Assembly: GCA_905178155.1 (NCBI GenBank)
Contig: CAJINV010000012.1
Coordinates: forward strand, 243,271 to 307,270
DNA: 64,000 nt
Direction: 5' to 3'
Source: Amoebophrya sp. A120
Lineage: Eukaryota; Protista; Dinoflagellata
In this document: positions 33,701-44,040 of the stretch, one piece after another
How the letters are laid out: the number at the start of each line of letters is the position of its first letter
How positions within the stretch are numbered: position 1 is the first letter of the stretch
Program-made: the position numbers and the translations under genes
The notes under the pieces: model-generated
What the model was told of the DNA's origin: nothing
Seen by the model: only the letters and a program-made list of their open reading frames with translations
The model's database searches: none

Positions 33701-36700
33701 CCGCCCCGAGTCTTGAAGGGAGAGGCCTTCTGCTGGGACGAATACGCGCGAAAATTTCTCGAGGGGTTGCAGCCCGCTCCGCGTGCGAAGCCCCGGGGCG
33801 CCATTTTGGCCGTCAGTAATGCGAAGGCGGGGAATCTTGGAAAAGCGTGCAACTTTTTCAAGTTTGCCGAGCTTATCCGAAAATCCAAGGGCGCAAAGCA
33901 ATCCAGTTGGCCAGCCTTGCCCCGCTCTGTTCCGTCCCTGGGGTGCCGGGTATCGCGCGAAGCCCCGAGGCCACATTTTGGCCGGCCGCAGGTATTTCCA
34001 AGACTGGCAGCCTTCAGAAAATTTCTCAAGTTTGGCCAGCTTTTCCGAAAAGTAAGCCAGGCCACAGACAAAGCGGCCCAGTTGGCCAGCCTTGGCCCGC
34101 TCTGCTCCCTGCTTCTCCGGCTCTCGCGCGAAGCCCCGAGGCCACAGACTGGCCGCAGGTAATGCGAAGGGAGGCCGGCGGGGAATCTTGGAAAAGTTCG
34201 AAAGCTTTCAAGTTTGGCAAGCTTCTCCGAAAATCCAAGGCCATGAAGCAGCCCAGCTGCCTGGGCAGCCTTGCCCCGCTCTGTTCTTTGCTTCTTCGGC
34301 TATCGCACGAAGCCCCGAGGCAAAGCAATGGCCGTAGGTAAAGCGAACGCGGGAAATTTTGAAAAGCCCGAAAAGACAAGCCCTCAAGCTTGGCCGGCTT
34401 CTCCGAAAACCAAGGCAGGGCCGCAAAGCAGTCCAGCCGGCCAGCCTTTCCCCGCGCGCCCTGCTCCGTGCCCCTCCGGCTATCGTGCGAAGCCAGGGGG
34501 GCCATGCGTTGGCTGCTGGTGATGCGAATGCGGAAAACCTCGGAAAGACTTGGCAAAATTTCGCAAGTTTGGCTAGCTTTTCCGTAAACCCAACCAAGGC
34601 CGCAAAGCCGACCAGCTGGGCAGCCTTGCCCCGCTCTGTTCCCTTCCTTGCCTCTCCGGCTATCGCACGAAGCCCCGAGGCCGCCCACAGTTTGGCCGGC
34701 CGCTCGTAATGCGAAGGCGGGGAACCTTGGAAAAACTTGAAAAAATTTCCAAATTTTGCCAGCTTCTCCGAAGAGCCAAGGCCGCAAAGCAGCCCAGCAG
34801 GCCAGCCTTGCCCTGCCCGTCTGTTCCTTGCTTCTCCGGCTATCGCGCGAAGCCCCGACGCCGCAAAGCGGCCGAAGGTAATGCGCGGGCGGGAAACCTT
34901 GAAAGAACTCGAGAAACAAAAGCGCGCAAGCTTGGCCCGCTTTTCCGAAAACCCAAGGCCAAAAAGCAGGCCGGGGCCGGCCTTTCCATCCTTTCTTTGC
35001 TCCCTCGCCCCTTGCTTCTCCGGCTACCACGCAAAGCCCCGCCCGACGCCACAGATTGGCTGAAGGTAATGCGAAGGCGGAAGGCCTTGGAAGGGTTTGA
35101 GGAAATTCCCCAAGTTTGGCCAGTTTTTCCGAAAACGCAAGGCCGCAAAGCGGTCCAGCTTGCCAGCGTTGCCCCGCCCTGTTCCTTCCTTCTCCGGCTA
35201 TCGCGCGAAGCCCCGAGGCGGTGGGCTTAGGTAATGCCGAAAACTAACCAAAGGCAACACGCAAACAAAGCAGTCCAGCTGGCCAGCCCTGCCCCGCCCT
35301 GCTCCCCGCTTCTCCGGCTATCGCGTGAAGCCCCGAGGCCACAAATTTTTGGCCGCAGGTGATGCGACGGCGGGGCTCCTTGACACTTTGGCCAGCTCTT
35401 CCGCAAACCCAAGGCCGCAAAGCAGTCAAGCTCGCTGGCCAGCCTTGCCGCGCTCTGTTCCTTGCTTCCCCGGCTATCGCGCGAAGCCCCGAGGCCACGG
35501 ACTGGCCGTAGGTAATGCGAGGCGGGGCATATTGAAAAAGCACGGAGGCAGCAGAGCAGTCCAGCGCGCTGGCCAGCCTTGCCCCGCTCTGTTCCTTGCT
35601 TCGCCACTTATCGCGCGAGGCCCCGGGGCCACAAATTGGCCGAAGGGTTGGGAGGGAATGCGAACGGGCGCGGGGAATTTGGAAAAATGCTTGGAGTTTG
35701 GCAAGCTTTTCCGAAAAGCCAAGGCCGCAAAGCATCCCAGGCTGGCCAGTCTTGCCCCGCCCTGTTCCTTGCTTCTCCGGCTATCGCGCGCGCGAAGCTT
35801 CGGGGCCACAGACTGGCCGGAGATAATGCGAAAGCGGGGCGGCTTGAAAAAGTAAAAGCCCGAAAGCCGCGGGAGCGCTCTCGAGTTTGGCCAAAACCGC
35901 AACCAAAGCAGTCCAGCTGGCCAGCCTTGCCCCGCTCCTTTCCTTGCCCCTCCGGCTATCGCGCGAAGCCGCGAGGCCACAGATTGGCCGCTCCCAGGTA
36001 ATGCGAAGCCGGGGAAGTTTGGAAAACCTTGAGAAAATTTTTCCAGTTTGGCCCGCTTTCCCGAAAACGCAAGGCCGCAAAGCAGTCCAGCCGGCCAGCC
36101 TTGCCCCGCTCTGTTCCTTGCGTCTCCGGCTATCGCGCGAAGCCCCGAAGCCAGAAGTTGGCCGCAGGTAATGCGAACAAGGTGGGGAATCTGGGAAAAA
36201 GTTGCGAAAAGTTTTCAAGTTTGGCCCGCTTTTCCGAAGGCCCAAGGCCACAAAACAGCCCAACGAGCTGGCCCGCCTTGCCCCGGTCTGTTCCTTGCCT
36301 CCCCGACCATCGCGCGAAGCTCCGAGGCCAACAACAAACCGGCCGTAGGCGATGTGAAGGCGGGAAACCTTGAAACAGCTCGGGGAGATTTGCCAAGTTA
36401 GGCCAGCCCCCCCGAAAGCCCAAGGCCGCAAAGCAGTCCAGCTGGCCGGCCTTCGCCCGCTCTGTTTCTTGCCTCTCCGGCTATCGCGCGAAGCGGCCCC
36501 GCGGCCCGCCAGAGATTGGCCGTCGGTAATGTAAAGGCGGGGAACTTTGGAAAACCTCGGCAGAACTTTTCGACTTTGGCCAGCTGCTCCGAAAACCCAA
36601 GGCCGCAAAGCCGTCCCGCTTGCCAGCCTTCCCCCGCTCTGTCTGCTCCTTGCTTCTGCGGCTATGTACCGCGCGAAGCCCCGAGGCGAGGCCACAGATT

Positions 36701-39700
36701 GGCCGCAGGTAATGCGAAGGCGGGGACCCTTTGAAAAGGCTTGAAAAGATTTCGCAAGTTTGGCTAGCTTTTCCGAAAACCCCCCGACACCGCAAAGCAG
36801 TCCAGCTGGCCGGCCTGCCTCGCTCTGTTCCTCGCTTCTCCGGCTATCGGACGAAGCCCCGAGGCCGCAGGTGGTGCGAAGGCCGGGGACCTTGCAGACA
36901 GTTGAGAAAAGTTCTCAAGTTAGGCTAGCGCTTCCGAAAACCTACCCCCCAAGGCCGCAAAGCAGTCCAGCTGGCCAGCCTTGCCCCGCTCTGTTCCTTG
37001 CTTCTCCAGCTATCGCGCGAAGCCCCGAGGCCGCAGATTGGCCGGGGGTAATGCGAGGCGGAACACCTTGGGAAACTTGAAAAGAGCCCCCAAGCCGGGC
37101 CATCTTTTCCGAAAACCCAAGCGAGGCCGCACGCAGCGCAGCCCAGCTGGCCAGCCTTGCCCCGCTCGTATCTTTCCCCTGCTTCTCCGGCTATCGCGCG
37201 AAGTCCTGGGGCCACGGATTGGCCGCAGGGAGTGCGACGGCGGGGAATTTTGAAAAAACCTGACAAAGCGGCCAAAGCTTCCAAGTTTGGCCAGCTGTCC
37301 CGGAAGTCTGTCCGAGGCCGCATAGCCTTCCGGCTGGCCAGCCTTGCCCCGCTCTGTTCCCTGCTTATCCTGCTATCGCGCGAAGCCCCGAGGCCACGCG
37401 TTGGCCGCAGGTCATGCGAAAAACTCGAAAAAAAAAACTTGCAAGCTCGGCAGGCTTTTCCGAAAACCGACCCGAGGCCGCAATCAAAAAAGACCAGCTG
37501 GCCAGCCTTGCTCCGCTCTGTCTGTTCCTTGCTGCTCCGGCTATCGCGCGAAGCCCCGGGGCCGCCCTCACATTGCCCGGAGGTAATGCGAGGGCGGGCG
37601 ATCTTGAAAAAACTTGGCAAATAAAGCTTGGAAGCCTGGCAAGCTTCTCCGAAAACCCAAGGCCGCAAAGCGATCCGGCAGGCCAACCTTGCCCCGCTCC
37701 TTTCCATCCATCCTAGCTTCCCCAGCTATCGCGCGACGCCGCGGGGCCAAAGGGTGGCCGTAGGCAATGCGAAGGCGGGCGGGAGATCGTGAAAAAACTT
37801 CAAAAAATTTTTGCAAGTTTGGCAAGCTTTTCCGAAGCCCCCAGGCCTCAGTCAAAGCCGTCCAGCCGGCCCCGGCCTGCCTTGCCCCGCTCTGTGCCGT
37901 GCTTCTCCGGCTATTGCGCGAAGCCCCGCGGCCACACTTTGGCCGTAGGTAGTGCGAAGCTGGGCGGGGGAAGGGGAGTGCGAAAAAACTTGAAAAATTG
38001 TTTCAAGTCCGGCCCGCTTTTCCGAAAACGCAAGGCCAACTGGCCGGCCTTGCATGCCCCCCTCCGACAGCTCCTTGCTTCCCCCGCTATCGCGCGAAGC
38101 CGCGGGGCCGCCTCTATCTTGCATCGGCCTCGGTAGTTTTTCCCGGTTCGCTTGGCCAGCGTTTCCGAAAACGCAAGGCCGCGCGCAAAGCAGTCCCGCC
38201 GGCAAGCCTTGCCCCGCTTTGCTTCATTTTTGCTCCCTGAGCTACCTAGCGCGCGAAGCCCCAGCGCCACACTTTGGCTGCAGGCGGTGCGACCCTGGGA
38301 GGTCTTGCAAAAGCTCCGAAGTCTCGCCGCCTTTTCCGAAAACTCAGCCAAGCCCGCAAAGCAGCCCAGCGAGCCAGCCATCCCTTGCTCCGTTCTGTTG
38401 GCTCCCTGCTTCTCGGGCTATCGCGGAACGCCCCGGGGCCAAATTTTGGCGGTAGGCAGTGCGAAGTCGGGAAGGGGGGTCTCGGGAAAACGCAGAAAGC
38501 TCTGGGGAGCTTGGCAAGCTTTTCCGGGAATGTAAGGCCGCAAAGCGGTCCAGCGAGCTGGCCAGCCTTGCCCCGCTCTGTTCCTTGCTTCTCCGGCGCT
38601 CGTGCGAAACCCCGAGGCCCGCCACATTTTGGCCGTAGGTGATACGAACGCGGGCGGGGGACCTTGAGGAAAGTGGCAAAGCCTTTTCAAGTGTGGCCAG
38701 CTTTTCCGAAAACCGACGCAAGGCCGCAAAGGAAGCAACACAGCTGGCCAACCTTGCCCCGCTCCCTCCCTCTGTTCTTCTCTTCTCCGGCTATCGCGCG
38801 AAGCCCCGGGGCCACATTTTGGCCGTGGGTAGTCGCGGGGCGGGAAGTCTTGAAAAAGCTTGAAGGCTTCAAGCTGAGCCACCTTATCCGAAAACCCAAG
38901 GCCACAAAGCCATCCAGCTCGCCAGCCTTGCTCCGCTATGTCCGCTCTCTGTTTCTCCGGCTACCGCGCGAGGCCTCATTTTGCCCGTAGGCAGTGCGAA
39001 GGCTGGGAAGCTTGAAGAAGCTTGAAAAAATTGGCCGGCTTTTCCGAAAACTCGAAGCCGCAAAGGGGTGCGCTGGCCAGCCTTACCCGCTCTGCTCAAT
39101 GCTTCTCCGCCTACCGCGCGAAGCCCCCCCCCCTGGGCCGGCCGCATTTTGGGCGTAGCTAATACGAGGGCAAGGGATCTCGAAAAAAGTCTGCGGAGCT
39201 TTTTCGTGGGCCGCTTTTCCGAAAACCGGAGGCCGCAATCGCAGCTAGCAGTCTGTCCAGCTGGTCAGCTCTGGCCCGCTCCGTTCCGTGCTTCTCCGGC
39301 GATCGCGCGAAGCCCCGCGGCCGCGTTTTTTTTTTGGCCGCGCGCCCGTAGGTAATGCGGCGGCGGGGAATCTTGGAAAGCTTGGAAACTTTTTCCAGTT
39401 TGGGCCCCTCTGCCGAAAACCCAAGGCCGCAAGCAAAGCAGTGCAGCGGGCCAACCTTGCCCCGCTCTGTTCCTTGCCTCCCCGACTATCGCCCTGGCCT
39501 CGTGCCTCGGCCCTTGCTCTCATGCGAGAGAGCGGCGCCCAGCGTCCAGATTTGTTCGGCGAACTTCGCAGCGCTCGGCCTACGCCTCTGGGGCGGTGGC
39601 ATTTCTGAACGGGGCGCACCACAGTCCAACGCCGTCGCCTGTCTGTCGCCGTCGCCTGAAGCCGAAACCCCAGGCCGAACCCCCAGGCCGAATCCTCAAG

Positions 39701-40260
39701 CCGAAACCGAAGCCAAGGGCCCGCGTGGGGACCCTGTCCCCACGCTCGGGCCTTGTTTGTCATGCATAACTGCGATTCCTACTAGTACAGTACTTGTGCA
39801 AAGCATACACCCAGAGCGCCGGCATTTTCTTCCCGCGGAACATCTTCCGGACGCTCATCACGTAGTCTGGAATATGCAATTGCAAATCATGGATTTCAGC
39901 ATGATAACATGTACTGAAAGATTCTCTTCCACGCAGAATCACGATGAAGAGCCGCTCCTAGTTGCTAGCATGCAGTTTAAGTATTAAGCCTGATGAAAAT
40001 TTTACGATTTTTGTATCTTTCGAACCGATGTTTCCAAAACCATAATCTAAATTATCTTTTGCAATGCATATTCCAGTCCCTTCAGCAAGACCGTGTCCAG
40101 GTCGATTGCGATAACCTTCAAAGAGTCCACCATGTTGCCGGCGAAGATTTTTCTTTCGCGGGGTTTTTCGCTGCCTTGACAGATCAGATCGCGGCTGTCT
40201 TTGCAGTTCAGATCGCTGCCGCGACGAAGATTCGACCGACGCCGCCGCGCGAGGGAGTGT
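30713..40260 (-). CDS. Partial gene, possible DxD nucleotide-sugar transferase-like protein spanning the giant introner; both ends uncertain
   Basis: With the 5-nt rule the exons join as ...KVIAIDLDTVLLKGLEDYVMSVRKMFRGKKMPALWVWIPDFFKGFYENSQLNQ; DLD after a hydrophobic strand; followed by either stop or a CAG|GTATGA donor. Confidence 0.4.
30907..31785. repeat. Three blocks of 12-bp CGACAGGCGAAA-type minisatellite (two direct, one inverted) in AT-rich spacers
   Basis: Blocks near 30915-31055 and 31305-31425 (+), inverted copy near 31630-31785. Confidence 0.85.
31940..33715. repeat. Satellite of GAATATTCGCGAA subunits with ~185-235 bp higher-order period
   Basis: Anchor attcgggcgggggttgtgttctggaat recurs near 31962, 32146, 32373, 32963, 33196, 33420, 33643. 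Confidence 0.85.
33780..39500. repeat. ~173-bp GC-rich tandem satellite, about 33 diverged copies
   Basis: Anchor ccagccttgccccgctctgttccttgcttctccggctatcgcgcgaagccccgaggcc counted from ~33951 to ~39487. Confidence 0.95.
39873..40070. mobile_element. Introner, degenerate DR
   Basis: tatgcaattgcaaa...ttttgcaatgcata. Confidence 0.7.
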
Positions 40261-42873
40261 AACTGACAGAGAGGAGCGTGCTGGGGAGAATTGACACTGC
40301 GAATACAACTACGTATGTAGCGCTCCCCGCAATGTGGCGTCGTGGCGTTCCAGTGCCCCGCTACCCCTGTACCAAAACCGGATCTCTCGTCCCTCTCATT
40401 TCTGTATCTCACTCGCCTTGTTTCCAATTCGGAGTCGAACATATACGCTTGACTGCACGACAGCGCGCGCGACGCGTTTGGCGCGTTCGCGCCAATGCAA
40501 TCGGCATACCGCGCCCTCAGGTCTCTCTTCGGCCGACAGGCTCGAATGCCATCTCCAGAAACCAATGGATGCTGCAGCCCAGGGGCCGGCACAACACATA
40601 CGCGCGAATAAATGGGAGGGGCGCAGCGAACTCCCGATGCCGTATGTCCGTCGGCACGTTCCACGGCGGCGCCGCTCCTCCGCCGGGGCGACGCGCCCTC
40701 ACAGGCCCCGCAACCTCGGGGGCCGGGCGGGTAGGTATGCACCCGGCACACACGAAGATGAGGCCCGGCAGGCCTGGGCCGATGATAGGGAAACACGCAC
40801 CCGAAACCGACGAACAAGCGCGAGCCTGGCTGCCCACCAATAGACCGGCCGCGCGGAGGGGCCGGCCGCCCACTAAAAGTAAAGGGCTCGGCGCCGGGGC
40901 CGGCCGAGCAGACGGATGCGCGGCCCCGCCCTGGGGAAAACCAGCGCCAAACTAACCGGGAGGCGCAACAAGCGGGCCGCGGCTGCGCCCCGGGTGGCGC
41001 GCACTCGCAGCGCGAGGCCGAAAGGGCGGGCGGATGGTTGGGCGCGGACGTTCTCCTTCGTCGCTGGCCATGATGCTCATGTCTTGGGCCTCCGCCGCGC
41101 TGGCTTCTCATCCGCCAGGGTTTTCCCCCGCGTCGGCCTCTCCTCTTGCGGGGGAGGGAATAAAATGACCCCACCCTCACGCGACAACGCTACCGCCGCG
41201 GCGAACTGAAGGCAGGACAAAGCCCCGCGCCCGTGCAAGAGTGAGGCGATCCCTGCGCGCTGGCTCCATCTTGTATTTTCCAGGAACAAAGATTGCTCCT
41301 AAGAAGCAACAGAAAGCTATGAATATGTGAAACCCAAAACACCTAGACGAACCATCTATAGACGCCCCTCTAATGGGCAAGGTCGTCATCAGCAATCACA
41401 GTTACACGACTCAAGCATTCTTGACCGCTCACCCTCTACACAGAGACGCCACACAAGTTACCTTACTCTCACCTCGCTCGAGAGAAGCGAAATATTTGAG
41501 TCGCATTCCTTCTTTTTTCCTCACTACCAAGCATTGTGAAGATATGGCAAGACATCAAGGCGCGGAGCTGTCTTGTCTTTCCTGCTTTCCTCCCTCGACA
41601 CGGCTTATTTACAATTGATCACCATTTAAAACAGGGGCGCCTGCGCTTGCGCTTTGTTTCAAATATGCTTGAAAGCACAAGGACGGAAAAACTGCGAAGT
41701 CGATGTTTGTATTCATGGTCGAAAAATAGATCTTACACGGTGACAAAAGTAATCCAAAGGGTGACCGGTAATACAGCGAAGTCGTGAAGTCCTTGCTCAT
41801 TCGTTTCTACTAGCATCATATTTTTCAAGGCACCAACTGAAACTGCTAGAGTTAGGTAGCGCTACAGCACTTGACCGCATCAAGAAAAAATAAACAGCCC
41901 GCAACAAAAAAAAAAGTTCACAAGTGTCGTAAACTTCACTCATTGAGAAATTTTGGCGAGGGAGGACCTAGGACAGTTTTGTCAAAATTTGCAGACTATA
42001 AAATATAGCCGCTGGTGGCTCGAGAAAGGCTCCTTGCATTGCTTAGTATCTATTTATCTAAAGTTTTGTAGAAGTGCATCAAAAGGTTTGCGATCCCGAA
42101 ACTGGTCTTCTTGCTGTAGTGCGAAACAGACAAGCACAAGTAGTTCGTCCAACTACAAATGTCAGGCTTCAGAATAAATCAATCTTACATGTTGATGTTC
42201 ATCGCCCCAACCTTCCTCCTACTTCCTCCCAACAACTCTCTTCCCACTCTGGCGTCAGAGGCTCAAACTCTAGCTCAGGTGCTTGGGTCGGATCGATGTG
42301 GATGTGGATGGTTGTTGTAGCAGAAGCAGTTCTTTACAGCTTGTTCTGGCCGTCGGTAGAAAGAATTATACTGCATGTGCGGAATTTTGGACTAAATGTG
42401 AAGCCCATGCTACATTCAAACTGTTCGTCGAAACATGTTTCCGGACACGGGGACGCTGCTGTGTTTTTTGAAAATCAAATGACTCCATTCTGAATTTCAA
42501 TTTTTTTGTTTCATAGTAAGTACACATCATCCCATCAGTTTTTATTGCATGACCACCACTAGTAAAAGAAGTTATCTTGTTCACAACGAAACCTGAAGAA
42601 CCGGTTTCGATCTATACCTCACGTCTCTCTGGTACCGGATGAATATGGAGATGTTCATGTCGTAGATGTTTCTCCGTCAGGAGCAAAAAAAAGTTCTCGA
42701 TGGAAATGTTGCTGTTCTGCCTTTTACTCTCGATCGTTCGGAAAATTCGAGCCTCATCTTGGATGTTGTACTAGAGGAAGAAATGGCGGTGGGCCGCCCG
42801 CCCGCTCGTGTAGTAAATTAAACTCGAACCCGTAGAAGTTCGTAGAATCTCGCTATCGTTCCTTACATTTCTT

Positions 42874-44040
42874 TTATCCCACCTTCGAAGCTGTATCCAC
42901 CGCCGCCTCCGAACCGGTACTCGCATTCAAATTGTCACTCCCGGTTGCGGTCTCGCGCGTTGGCGTTTTCAACAACTGCACCACGGCGTCGGCTGTTCCG
43001 GCAGGTACATCATGCGGCGCTGCATCGTCCACATTCCGCTTTTCTTCGCCGCCGTCGTAACCAATAAAGGAAGCTAGTACACCCCGGCGACCAGAAGTCG
43101 TAGTAGCGGACATGATGTACAAGTCGCTTGTGAAGGATGGAGTCGCAGCCGTTATCTGCTGTAACTGTTCCGCAGGAGTAGTTGCTTCAAAAGCAGAGAC
43201 GGGCGTGTTGTCAGTGTCGACAGCGGCGCTTGCTGCAAGAGCAGGCCGTGGAGAGGTGCCGCGGTGTGGTTGCTGCGACAACGCTGGCTTCGCTGCGTGG
43301 TGGATCTGCTCATTGGAGATCATGCTGGAAGCGACTGTGCGATCCTCGTGCGGGACTGTTGCTGTTCCAGCGGGGTGTGTAGAGGCGATAGCCTGCTCCT
43401 GCAGGGGAAGGTCCTTATCGTCGACGTTGCCAGTGCCCATAAGAATCTTGCTGGTGTCCACGACTTGCAATTCCGCCACCGCAACTCCGTCCTGTGGTTT
43501 CGGTTTGATCCATTTAATACTGATGATTCGCACGATTCAAAAATCATACTTGATGATCAACACGCCATTATGCGTTCTTCTCTAACTTCAGTACGTACAA
43601 AAACACCATACCGACGTATCCCCAGCGGCTGCATTTGGTAGCCCTTTCTGACTCACCGCCTCTTGCAGCTTCCGCAATTGCTCATAGTAATCAGCCCGGA
43701 GTTGCTCTGCATCAATTTGTTGTTGCGGAAAGTCGATATTTTCACCATCGGACAAGGAAGAGGTCCTCGAAAAAACCGGCGTCCCGACTTCACTCGACGA
43801 ACCTGCACACTGACCATCACCAACCACAGTTCCGTCCTTCCGGATTGTGTCACCCACCAACCTGTAGCTGCAGTAGCTGTAGTACGATTCGCAATGGGAG
43901 TCGCAGCTGTCGTTTCTGCTGATGGAAAAACTGACACTGATGTTTATGTTGCTGGTGCTGCTCTCGTCCTCGAGCTCGTCTTCGGTGATGGGGTATAGTG
44001 CGTCGCCGACCGCAACATCGCCGTCAACATCCACATCCAC
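42874..44040 (-). CDS. Hypothetical low-complexity acidic/Ala-Thr-rich protein (probable exons 43588-44040 and 42874-43533)
   Basis: Long minus-strand ORFs with protein-like composition, no recognisable domain. Confidence 0.35.

Larger units (their letters stand above)
30870..39755 (+). mobile_element. Non-autonomous Helitron-like element carrying satellite arrays
   Basis: Inserted between A and T with no TSD; perfect 10-bp hairpin gcgtggggac-cct-gtccccacgc (39723-39745) 10 nt before a CTTG end; no Rep/Hel ORF. Confidence 0.65.
30769..39807. mobile_element. Family A introner split by an 8.9-kb insertion
   Basis: Left half tatgcattgcaaaagtatcg...(30769-30869), right half tttgtcatgcataactgc...gtgcaaagcata (39756-39807); DR cacac/caccc. 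Confidence 0.8.

Noticed and set aside
31940-39500. CRISPR-like array
   Set aside because: Whole units are homologous with no unique spacers, no cas genes, and the context is eukaryotic.
31900-39600. Many long overlapping ORFs in all six frames
   Set aside because: By-products of stop-poor GC-rich tandem repeats; no domain and frequent frame-breaking indels between units.
30839-39765. tttgtcatgc as a 10-bp TSD of the large insertion
   Set aside because: Alignment to intact family A copies shows these are two different native internal boxes of the introner; the real junction is A|T with no duplication.
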